DNA of 64,000 nucleotides from an uncultured Clostridia bacterium (lineage in GTDB: Bacteria; Bacillota; Clostridia; TANB77; CAG-508). The notes under the pieces are model-generated. The model made no database searches. It was not told where the DNA came from and saw only the letters and a program-made list of their open reading frames with translations. The stretch is from contig CALXFG010000003.1 in NCBI GenBank assembly GCA_944387505.1, forward strand, positions 751 to 64,750, given 5' to 3'. Positions 43,118-51,798 of the stretch are shown here, piece by piece; the first letter of the stretch is position 1; each line of letters opens with the position of its first letter. A program made the position numbers and the translations under genes.

Positions 43118-43202
43118 GGTTGCCAAAGGGGACGGGTTAAAATGGCAACTTTTTAATAAAAAATAAAAAAGTTGCCATTTTAACCCGTCCCCTTTGGCAA
43201 CC
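43118..43202. repeat. Palindromic element B (85 bp; 37-bp perfect stem, GGGGACG word)
   Basis: GGTTGCCAAAGGGGACGGGTTAAAATGGCAACTTTTT and its exact reverse complement around an A/T loop. Each arm also contains GTTGCC...GGCAAC. Confidence 0.95.
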
Positions 43203-43229
43203 AGGTAGAATTTAAGAAAGGAAGAAAAC

Positions 43230-44363
43230 ATGAAAGTAGTTATTGCAGCAGCAGGAACAGCAGGTCATATCAATCCAGGATTAGCGATAGCTAAAAAAAT
43301 ACAAGAAGAAGAAAAAGATTCTAAAATTATTTTTATAGGAACAACAAGAGGATTGGAAAATGATTTGGTTCCACGAGCTGGATATGAGTTAAAAACCATT
43401 GATGCATATGGATTAAGTAAAAAAATATCTATTGAAAATATAAAAAAGATGATAAAAACATTAAAAGGATTTGGAGAAGCAAAAAAATTATTAAAAGAAA
43501 TCAAACCAGATATTGTGATAGGAACTGGAGGATATATTTGTGGTGCAACGATTTCAGCAGCTCATCAATTAAAAATTCCAACAGTATTACATGAAAGTAA
43601 TGCTTTTCCAGGAAAAGCAGTAAAAATGCTAGCAAAAAAAACAGATACGATTTTAGTATCTTTTAAAGATGCGATTGATAGAATAAAACATGCTAAAAAA
43701 ATTGTATACACAGGAACACCTGTAAAAATAAAAAAACAAAATTATACAGAGGAACAAAAAGAAGAAATTATAAAAAAATCTGGATTAAAAAAAGGAATGC
43801 CAATTACTTTAGTGTTTGGAGGAAGCCAAGGAGCAAGAAGAATTAATAATGCCATAATGGAAATTATAAAATTAGGGTTAAATGAACAGTACCAAATGAT
43901 TTGGGCAACAGGACCAAAGCAATATGACATTGTAAAAGAAGAACTAGAAAATCATCATAAAAATATTAATCATATAAAAAATATGAAAATTCTTCCATAT
44001 ATTTATAATATGGAAGAAATCATGAATGTAGTAGATGTCATTGTTGCAAGAAGTGGAGCTATGACGATTACAGAAATCGCAAATTTAGGAAAACCATCGA
44101 TATTAGTGCCTTTACCAAATGTCAGCCATGACCATCAATTATATAATGCAAAAGTATTACAAAATATCGGAGCAGCTGATATTATATTAGATAATGAATT
44201 AACTGGCGAAAAATTAAATACAAATATAGAAAAAATCGTATTAGACCAAAATAAGTGTAAAGAGATGGGAGAAAAAGCGTTAACTGTTGCAACTGACGAT
44301 GTAGAAAACAAAATATATGCACAAATTGTAAAAACCATAAGAGAACAACAGAGGCATGATTAA
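43230..44363 (+). CDS. murG: Undecaprenyldiphospho-muramoylpentapeptide beta-N-acetylglucosaminyltransferase
   Basis: AAGTAGHINPGLAIA N-terminal motif and GGSQGA. 377 aa. Confidence 0.95.
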   Translation: MKVVIAAAGTAGHINPGLAIAKKIQEEEKDSKIIFIGTTRGLENDLVPRAGYELKTIDAYGLSKKISIENIKKMIKTLKGFGEAKKLLKEIKPDIVIGTGGYICGATISAAHQLKIPTVLHESNAFPGKAVKMLAKKTDTILVSFKDAIDRIKHAKKIVYTGTPVKIKKQNYTEEQKEEIIKKSGLKKGMPITLVFGGSQGARRINNAIMEIIKLGLNEQYQMIWATGPKQYDIVKEELENHHKNINHIKNMKILPYIYNMEEIMNVVDVIVARSGAMTITEIANLGKPSILVPLPNVSHDHQLYNAKVLQNIGAADIILDNELTGEKLNTNIEKIVLDQNKCKEMGEKALTVATDDVENKIYAQIVKTIREQQRHD

Positions 44364-44415
44364 AATATTTGAAGATGTTTCTATAGCAGAATAGAAATGG
44401 ATGAGAGGGAATAGA

Positions 44416-45900
44416 ATGTTTAGGAGTATTCAATTTAAAATAATTGTTGTATTTTTTTTAATAGGTATTATTGTCATTACAGGTTTAGGTCTTGTATATA
44501 TACAATCAATTAATCATTTAGAAATGAATCTTGGCAATAATGAAATTGGAAATATAGAGGAATTAGCCCAATATATAGAACAGATGCGAAATACCAATAT
44601 TACAGCACTAATTGTAGCAGGAATTGCATTTTTGATAAGTGGCATCTTGATAGCTGTTGTTTTATCTAGATTTGTAATTTATCCGATTAATAAATTAATA
44701 AAAAGTGCTGAAAAAATAACAGAGGAAGAAAAGAAAAAAGATAAAACTAATTCAACTAAGGAAGAAGTAAAAAAATCTAAAACTAAAAAAGACATGATGA
44801 ATATTGAAAATGTATTAGGAACTATGACAACAGAATTAAAGGAAAAATTAAGTGAAGTTTCTACACAAAAAAATCAAATAGAAACCATTCTTTTACATAT
44901 GACAGATGGAATTATTGCTTTTAATATGGAAGGAGAAATTATCTTAATTAATCCAGCTGCAAAAAAATTCTTAAGTATAGGACCAGAAGATATTACCTTT
45001 GATGATATTTTTGCAAAATTTAAATTAGGAATTAATATGGAAAAAATCATTTATTTAGAGAACTGGACATCAACAGAGCAAAGAATTCAAGTAGAAGATA
45101 ACTATGTAAATGTATTTTTTGCACCTTTTAAAAATGAATCAGATAGACCAAATGGTGTTATTGCAGTTATCCAAGATATAACAGAACATGTAAAATTGGA
45201 TAACATGCAAAAAGAATTTGTAGCAGATGTATCTCATGAATTAAAAACGCCAATTACATCCATTATGGGATATGCTGATACGCTATTAGAAGGTGAATAT
45301 GATAAAGAAACACAGGACAAGTTCTTAAATGTGATTGCATCAGAAGCTAGAAGAATGGCAAGACTTGTTACAGATTTATTAACTTTATCAAGATATGATA
45401 ATAATAAAAATAGAGTAAGAAAAGTATCTTTTGATTTAGGAGAATTAGTAAAAAAATGCCAAGATAAATTGGCAATAGAAATCAAAAAGAAAAATCATAC
45501 AGTCAATTCTTTTGTGACGGCAGATGTTCCACCAGTTTATGCAGATAAAGATGATATAGAAAGAGTGATTTTAAATATTTTAACAAATAGTATCAAATAT
45601 ACACCAGAAGGTGGAGAAATCAAAATATATGTAGGATTTGTATATAATGATGCCTATATAAAAATTTTTGATAATGGAATTGGAATACCAGAAGAAGATT
45701 TATCTAGAATATTTGACAGATTTTATCGAGTAGATAAAGCGCGTACAAGAGAAATGGGAGGTACAGGTCTAGGGCTTTCTATTGCAAAAGAGATACTTGA
45801 TAAAAATGGGGGAAGTATTGATATCAAAAGTACGGTAGGAAAAGGAACTGAAGTAGTGATTAGAATTCCTACCAAAGAAGCAAAAGAAGTACTTAGCTAA
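44416..45900 (+). CDS. Sensor histidine kinase (TM-HAMP-PAS-HisKA-HATPase; WalK/VicK-like)
   Basis: H-box VSHELKTPITSI, N-box ILTNSIKYTP, G-boxes DNGIGIP and GGTGLGLSI. ATG 44416 is preferred over 44401. Confidence 0.9.
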   Translation: MFRSIQFKIIVVFFLIGIIVITGLGLVYIQSINHLEMNLGNNEIGNIEELAQYIEQMRNTNITALIVAGIAFLISGILIAVVLSRFVIYPINKLIKSAEKITEEEKKKDKTNSTKEEVKKSKTKKDMMNIENVLGTMTTELKEKLSEVSTQKNQIETILLHMTDGIIAFNMEGEIILINPAAKKFLSIGPEDITFDDIFAKFKLGINMEKIIYLENWTSTEQRIQVEDNYVNVFFAPFKNESDRPNGVIAVIQDITEHVKLDNMQKEFVADVSHELKTPITSIMGYADTLLEGEYDKETQDKFLNVIASEARRMARLVTDLLTLSRYDNNKNRVRKVSFDLGELVKKCQDKLAIEIKKKNHTVNSFVTADVPPVYADKDDIERVILNILTNSIKYTPEGGEIKIYVGFVYNDAYIKIFDNGIGIPEEDLSRIFDRFYRVDKARTREMGGTGLGLSIAKEILDKNGGSIDIKSTVGKGTEVVIRIPTKEAKEVLS

Positions 45901-46021
45901 ATTATACATAATTGTTACAAGTCAATGATTTTTAAAATTATTTATATATCAACTGTTTCTATAGTTAATTTAAAAGAACCATTAATTTGTAATAAATAAT
46001 TAAAAAAAGTGAATCATTAGA

Positions 46022-46050
46022 TTGAAAAATAGAAAGAATTCATGTATAAT
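46022..46050 (+). promoter_or_regulatory. Consensus-like promoter (TTGAAA-17-TATAAT) for lepB
   Basis: -35 at 46022-46027 and -10 at 46045-46050. This places the ORF-track ATG 46042 inside the -10 box. Confidence 0.6.
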
Positions 46051-46086
46051 AAATTAGATTTTTTTAAGTTAAAGGAGAGAGAAAAA

Positions 46087-46725
46087 TTGAATCCAAAGAT
46101 AAAAGAAGCATTAGAGTGGGTATATTGTATCATTATAGCAATCGTATTAGCTTTATTATTTAGATATTTTATAGGAACGCCAACCATTGTACAACAAGTA
46201 TCAATGAAGCCAACATTAGTAGAAGGACAGAGATTATGGCTAAATAGATGGTCAAGAACGACAAAAACATTACCTGAAAGAGGACAAATTATTACATTTG
46301 AGGCACCAACAGAGAAATTTTATACCAGTTCAGAAATAGATGAAAATAACCCAGTGGCAAAATATGAAAATGAACCAACCAATATATTTGGTAAATTTGT
46401 GAAATATGTATTAGAAATTGGAAAAGAAAGTTATATAAAAAGAGTGATTGCTTTACCAGGGGAACATGTAGAGATTAAAGAAGGAAAAGTGTATATAAAC
46501 GGAGAAGAACTAGATGAACCATATTTACAAGATGGTGTTGTAACAGATGTAGAAGGTCCTGGTTTCTCAGATTTTGTTGTTCCAGAAAATACAGTGTTTG
46601 CAATGGGAGATAACAGACCACATAGTACAGATTGTAGAGCATTTGGATGTATACCGTTAGAGAAAATAGAAAGTACTGTAGCGATAAGAATATGGCCATT
46701 AAATAAATGGGGACATGTAGACTAA
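46087..46725 (+). CDS. lepB: Signal peptidase I
   Basis: TTG 46087 after AAGGAGAGAG. Catalytic SMKPTL and box E GDNRPHSTDCR. Confidence 0.9.
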   Translation: MNPKIKEALEWVYCIIIAIVLALLFRYFIGTPTIVQQVSMKPTLVEGQRLWLNRWSRTTKTLPERGQIITFEAPTEKFYTSSEIDENNPVAKYENEPTNIFGKFVKYVLEIGKESYIKRVIALPGEHVEIKEGKVYINGEELDEPYLQDGVVTDVEGPGFSDFVVPENTVFAMGDNRPHSTDCRAFGCIPLEKIESTVAIRIWPLNKWGHVD

Positions 46726-46728
46726 AAG

Positions 46729-46757
46729 ATAGAGATTTTAGGTCTCTATTTTTTTTG
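46729..46757 (+). terminator. Rho-independent terminator after lepB
   Basis: ATAGAGA / TCTCTAT stem followed by a T8 run. Confidence 0.7.
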
Positions 46758-46782
46758 CATTTTAATCCATATTTTTCAAGTT

Positions 46783-47164
46783 CTGTTTTTTCAAAATGAG
46801 GGCGGGGATGTTTATATTTTTTTATGATTTTCTTGTGGTATAGGAAAAATGGCTTTTCCTATACCACAAAAAACAGCGTTGCACAGAAAAATTGCTACGC
46901 AATTTTTCGCGTCGACAAATCTTAACGCTTCTTCGAGAACTTAAATATATATAGTTAAGTTAGAAAAGTAGAGAAAAGTTCTCGCGAAGCGATATTTGTC
47001 CGTTTGCTCAATAGATGATAACTTCTAAATTTTCAATAAATGAGTCTCTCGCTGCTCGCGCTTCCTCATTTATTAAAAATTAAGAATTTATACATCTATT
47101 TCACGGCACATTCGTCAATACATAAAAAAATATAAACATCCCCGCCCTCATCTTGAAAAAACAG
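46783..47164. repeat. Long nested palindromic element C (382 bp; ~42-bp terminal arms closing four internal hairpins)
   Basis: Arms 46783-46824 / 47123-47164 (1 mismatch). Internal hairpins include 47035-47074, which carries the conserved loop TCTCTCGCTGCTCGCGCTTC. Confidence 0.9.
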
Positions 47165-47244
47165 AAAACTTAATCTCTTTTTTATTGAAAAATCAATTGT
47201 TTTAGTATATAATAATAAAGGTAAGAAAAAGGAGCGAAACATTG

Positions 47245-48138
47245 ATGTTTGATGAGATTATTGGAAATGAGCAAATAAAAAAAGAATTAGAAAGATCAAT
47301 ACTTGAAAACAAAATATCACATAGCTATATGTTTGTAGGTATAGAAGGTATTGGAAAACAAATGATAGCTAAAGAGTTTGCTCGAGTTGCATTATGCACA
47401 AATGAACAAGAAAAAGGCTGTCAGCAATGTAAATCTTGTATTGAATTTATGTCTCATAACCATCCTGATTTTTTATACATAGAACCAGATGGGAATAGTA
47501 TCAAAATTGAACAAATCCGATATTTACAAAGAAAGATACAAGAAAAACCAATTATTTCTGATAAAAAAGTTTATATCATCAATGATGCTGATAAAATGAC
47601 AACAGAGGCACAAAACTGTCTACTAAAAACACTAGAAGAACCACCAGAATATGGTATCATCATATTAATTGGTAGTAACGAAAATGCTTTTTTAAATACA
47701 ATAAAATCAAGATGCATGAAAATTGCCTTTCAACCTATTGGAGAAAAAGAGATAAAACAATATATGGAAAAAACTTATGGAATGACAAATATTAGTCCCA
47801 ATATGTTAGAAGCATTTCAAGGAAGTATTGGAAAAGCTATTTTGCTAAAAGATAAAAAAGAACAATATAAAAGTATAGAAGATATGATAGAAAAGTTAGA
47901 CAAAACAGATATGACAGAATTGATGAAATTAGGAGAACCATTATATCAATCTAAAGATGAAATTATGAATATATTAGATTATATAAATATAATATTGTTG
48001 AAATTAGCAAAACAAAACACACAATATGCAAATTGTATTGATGTCATAGAAAATACGAAAAAAAGGTTGAATCAAAATGCAAATTATGATATGTGTATAG
48101 ATAACATGATATTTAATATGTGGGAGGAAGTAAATTGA
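47245..48138 (+). CDS. holB: DNA polymerase III delta' subunit
   Basis: HSYMFVGIEGIGK, Zn module CQQCKSC, and LKTLEEPP. Confidence 0.9.
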   Translation: MFDEIIGNEQIKKELERSILENKISHSYMFVGIEGIGKQMIAKEFARVALCTNEQEKGCQQCKSCIEFMSHNHPDFLYIEPDGNSIKIEQIRYLQRKIQEKPIISDKKVYIINDADKMTTEAQNCLLKTLEEPPEYGIIILIGSNENAFLNTIKSRCMKIAFQPIGEKEIKQYMEKTYGMTNISPNMLEAFQGSIGKAILLKDKKEQYKSIEDMIEKLDKTDMTELMKLGEPLYQSKDEIMNILDYINIILLKLAKQNTQYANCIDVIENTKKRLNQNANYDMCIDNMIFNMWEEVN

Positions 48139-49046
48139 AAGATATTGTAGGCGTAAGATTTAAGAAATTAGGAAAAATCTATTTCTTTAACCCAAAAAAA
48201 TGGAGACTAAAAAAAGGAGATAAAGTTATTGTAGAAACAGCCCAAGGAGAAGAATTTGGTGAGGTCATGATTCCCAATAGAGCTGTTCCAGAAGATAAGA
48301 TTGTAGAACCCTTAAAGGTTGTTATTAGAATTGCCAATGGAAAAGATTATAAACGTTATGACGAATGTAAAGCTTTAGAGAAAAAAGCATTTGAAGTATG
48401 TAAAAAGAAAATAAAAGAACATGGATTAGGAATGACATTAACAGATGTAGAAGTAAAATTTGATAATAGTAAAATTTTATTCTATTTTACAGCAGATGGA
48501 AGAATTGATTTTAGAGAATTGGTAAAAGACTTAGCGGCAGTATATAAAACAAGAATAGAACTAAGACAAATTGGTGTCAGAGATGAAGTTAGAAAAATTG
48601 GCGGAAATGGTGTATGTGGAAGAGAATTATGCTGTTGTACATTTTTAAATGATTTCGAAGCTGTATCTATTAAAATGGCAAAAGAGCAAAATATTTCTTT
48701 AAATCCTTCAAAAATATCAGGAAACTGTGGAAGATTAATGTGTTGTTTGAAATATGAAAGTGAAGTTTATGAAGAAAAATTAAGAAATTTACCACATATA
48801 GGAGCTATTGTCAAAACAGAAGAAGGAGAGGGAGAAGTAGATTCAATAGAAACCCTAAAAGAAAGAGTTAGAGTAAAAATTAAAAATGGAGATACCTATA
48901 TTTATAGAAAATATGATGTGAAAGATATTGAGGTCATAAAAGATGCAGAAAAAGAAAGATTAGATCAAGAAGAAATAGAACATCAAAAAGAATTAGAAGA
49001 GTTAGAAAAATTAGAAAAAGAAGAAGAAGGCATGAGAGAAGAATAG
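48135..49046 (+). CDS. yaaT: PSP1-domain protein YaaT/RicT
   Basis: VGVRFKKLGKIYFF N-terminus and Cys cluster GVCGRELCCC...CGRLMCCLKYE. Canonical position after holB. TTG 48135 after GGGAGG. Confidence 0.9.
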   Translation: MKDIVGVRFKKLGKIYFFNPKKWRLKKGDKVIVETAQGEEFGEVMIPNRAVPEDKIVEPLKVVIRIANGKDYKRYDECKALEKKAFEVCKKKIKEHGLGMTLTDVEVKFDNSKILFYFTADGRIDFRELVKDLAAVYKTRIELRQIGVRDEVRKIGGNGVCGRELCCCTFLNDFEAVSIKMAKEQNISLNPSKISGNCGRLMCCLKYESEVYEEKLRNLPHIGAIVKTEEGEGEVDSIETLKERVRVKIKNGDTYIYRKYDVKDIEVIKDAEKERLDQEEIEHQKELEELEKLEKEEEGMREE

Positions 49047-49139
49047 AAAAAAGCAAGACCAATCGTAAATAGAAAAAATAAAAGAAGAATCAAAACATAG
49101 AAACAATAGAGAAACAAGAAGTTAAAGGAGGTGAATATA

Positions 49140-49310
49140 ATGGCATATAAAATAACAGATAAATGTATATCATGCGGAGCTTGTGCTGCTGAATGTCCAG
49201 TACAATGTATATCACAAGGAGATGATAAATTTGTAATTGATCAATCTGCTTGTATAAGCTGTGGAACTTGTGCAGGTGTTTGCCCAGTAGAAGCACCAGA
49301 AGAAGAATAA
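49140..49310 (+). CDS. fdx: 2x[4Fe-4S] clostridial-type ferredoxin (56 aa; below the ORF-track cutoff)
   Basis: Translation MAYKITDKCISCGACAAECPVQCI...CISCGTCAGVCPVEAPEEE has two CxxCxxCxxxCP motifs. SD AAAGGAGG upstream, terminator hairpin at 49335-49375. Confidence 0.9.
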   Translation: MAYKITDKCISCGACAAECPVQCISQGDDKFVIDQSACISCGTCAGVCPVEAPEEE

Positions 49311-49467
49311 GATTACATAGCCAAGAGAAGAAAAAAGCCATGATGCATTTCTATATAGAATTAATCATGGTTTTTCTATTATATAGGAAAAAATCAGCTC
49401 ATATTTGATTCAATCTAATGTAAAGTTTAGTATATGATAAAAATTGTTAGAAAAAGGAGAAATAGAA

Positions 49468-50116
49468 ATGGAAACATTAATCGTATCAGGTGGAGATATC
49501 AATATGGAACAATTAAAAAGGTATTGTGAGGAATATGTACGGTCAAAATATAATAGCAGGAGATAGAGGATTAGAGGCATTATACCAACTAAAAATCATA
49601 CCAAATCATGTAGTAGGAGATTTTGACTCTGTTTCTCCTGAAATTCTAAAATTTTATAAAAAACAGTCTCAAATTATTTTTCATACATATAATGCTGAAA
49701 AAGATAACACAGATACAGATATTGCTTTACAGTTAGCCATTCGTTTAAAAAGTTCAAAAATTACGATTATGGGAGCATTAGGGAAGAGAATGGATCATGC
49801 AATTGCCAATATTCATATATTAAAAGCTGCATTAGAAGCCAATATTCCATGCCAGATGATAGATGAGCATAATCGAATTTACTTAATAAATAAAGAAATG
49901 ACATTAGAGAAAGAAAAAATTTATGGAAAATACGTTTCTTTAATTTCTTTGACGAGTACAGTAGAAGGACTAACTTTAACTGGTTTTAAATACCCTTTAC
50001 ATGATTATACTTTACCGATAGGAACCAGTTTGGGGATTAGTAATGAAATCATAGCAGATACAGCAAGTATCGAGATGAAGAATGGAATTTTGATTGTGAT
50101 AGAGAGTAGAGATTAA
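49468..50116 (+). pseudogene. thiN: Thiamine pyrophosphokinase with an apparent 1-nt frameshift near codon 25
   Basis: METLIVSGGDINMEQLKRYCEEYVRS.. (frame of ATG 49468, stop at 49564) continues in the next frame as ..NIIAGDRGLEAL...VVGDFDS (ORF 49526-50116). Confidence 0.75.
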
Positions 50117-50318
50117 AAAGCAGTAACAGTATGTAGCGTGTCGGTTCCCACGAAACCCGCTTCAAATATAATATATATACCTTGGGTGCATTCTATAATG
50201 AACTGTTGCAAAAGCTGATTAAACTATGTGTTTAAGGGATAAACGAGTTGACTGATGGTATAAAACATGATAAAATTCATATAACTTTTAAATAGTAGAA
50301 TATAGGAGGAGTTACAGC

Positions 50319-50762
50319 ATGGGGATATTTAGCAAATTTTGCAAAAAAAGTCAGAAATCTGAGCCTTCTGATAATAAGAATGAAATTAGTAATCGGAGAA
50401 TACATTATGGAGAGATGATTCCTGAAAAGCTAGGATATTTCAGAGAAGATGGTGTATGGGAAATAGAATTAGAGTGTACATCAGAGCATGTTCCGTATGT
50501 AGGATTTACATGGGGATGTGGTTTAAGAGAACCAATATCAGAATATGATATTGATGGAAAGTGTGGAATTTTCACATGGTCGTGTAGATTATGTGGAAAA
50601 TGCCATGCCATATCACCATGTATCGAAATTCCAGAAGTAGTTAAAGAAAGAATTCAGTATAGGACTGCACTGAAAGGAGGAAAAAATCCGGTTATTATTG
50701 ATTTCAGAGAGTATAAACGGAAGAGAAGTAAAAGAGGTGATGCAAAAAACTCCAACGAATAA
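50319..50762 (+). CDS. Cys-rich hypothetical protein (147 aa)
   Basis: SD AGGAGG. Own promoter TTGACT-17-TAAAAT (50256-50284) and terminator. Slightly GC-enriched. Confidence 0.6.
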   Translation: MGIFSKFCKKSQKSEPSDNKNEISNRRIHYGEMIPEKLGYFREDGVWEIELECTSEHVPYVGFTWGCGLREPISEYDIDGKCGIFTWSCRLCGKCHAISPCIEIPEVVKERIQYRTALKGGKNPVIIDFREYKRKRSKRGDAKNSNE

Positions 50763-50776
50763 GTTGGAGTTTTTTG
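50745..50776 (+). terminator. Rho-independent terminator
   Basis: AAAAACTCCAAC / GTTGGAGTTTTT stem overlapping the stop codon, followed by a T-run. Confidence 0.75.
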
Positions 50777-50801
50777 TTACAGAAAATTTTGAGAATAATA
50801 A

Positions 50802-50838
50802 AAAAGGGAATTTTGAGTCCGTCCCCAAAATCCCTTTT
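50802..50838 (-). terminator. Terminator of the oxidoreductase operon (its loop contains the GGGGACG word)
   Basis: AAAAGGGAATTTT / AAAATCCCTTTT stem. On the minus strand it is followed by a T-run. Confidence 0.7.
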
Positions 50839-50841
50839 TTG

Positions 50842-51798
50842 TTAGTTATTTTTATTTGTCATTTCTTCTAAATCTAATAATTCTTGCCATCTTTCATCAA
50901 CAATTTTTTGGAAATCTTCAATCATCCACTCATTTCCAGGTTTAAACATATGTCTAAATCTTTTTTGTGGTTTTAAGAATTCTTCAATTGGTAATTTTTT
51001 AGCTGGTTTATATGAAATATGATATACACCATTTATAACTTCATATAATGGCCAATAACATGTTTCAACAGCAAGTTTATTAATTTTCATTAAATCTTCT
51101 GTTGGATATCCCCATCCTCTAGGACATGGTGACATGACATTTAAGAATGCTGGTCCTTCTGTGTAAATGGCTTTTTCAGCTTTTTCATATAAATCTTTGA
51201 AATTCATATAAGCAAGTGTTTGACCTACATATGGAATATGATGTCCTACCATGATTTTACTTAAATCTTTTCTACATTGTGTTTTTCCAGGGATAACGGT
51301 TCCAGCAGGTGAGGTAGTGGTATCTGCATATTTTGGTGTTGCAGAAGAACGTTGAATACCTGTATTCATGTATGCACCATTATCATAACATACATATACC
51401 ATATCATGTCCTCTTTCCATAGCACCTGATAAAGATTGTAATCCAATATCATATGTTCCACCATCTCCACCAAAGGCGATGAATTTTGTATCACCATCAG
51501 CTGGTAATTTTCCTTGTTTTTTCATAGAAACATAAGCGGCTTCTGCTCCTGCAAGTGTCGCACCTGCACATTCAAATGCTGTGTGAACAAATGAATCTGT
51601 CCAAGCTGTATATGGATAGATAAAAGTAGAAACTTCCATACATCCAGTAGCATTGGCAATAACAGCATGATCTTCTGGTTTTAAAGCTCTTAATATGTGT
51701 CTTGCAACAGGAGGAGCTCCACAACCAGCACACATTCTGTGTCCAGAAGTAAATCTTGAAGGTTTATTGGCAACGATTTCTTTTACATTATAAGGCAT
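50842..51798 (-). CDS. porB: 2-oxoacid (pyruvate-type):ferredoxin oxidoreductase, beta (TPP-binding) subunit
   Basis: CAGCG N-terminal Cys motif and TPP motif GGDGGTYDIG. Confidence 0.9.
   Translation of the reverse strand: MPYNVKEIVANKPSRFTSGHRMCAGCGAPPVARHILRALKPEDHAVIANATGCMEVSTFIYPYTAWTDSFVHTAFECAGATLAGAEAAYVSMKKQGKLPADGDTKFIAFGGDGGTYDIGLQSLSGAMERGHDMVYVCYDNGAYMNTGIQRSSATPKYADTTTSPAGTVIPGKTQCRKDLSKIMVGHHIPYVGQTLAYMNFKDLYEKAEKAIYTEGPAFLNVMSPCPRGWGYPTEDLMKINKLAVETCYWPLYEVINGVYHISYKPAKKLPIEEFLKPQKRFRHMFKPGNEWMIEDFQKIVDERWQELLDLEEMTNKNN

Noticed and set aside
49311-49467. TPP riboswitch upstream of the thiamine pyrophosphokinase gene
   Set aside because: The characteristic CUGAGA and ACCUGAU elements are absent. 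The region holds only the ferredoxin terminator hairpin and a promoter-like box.
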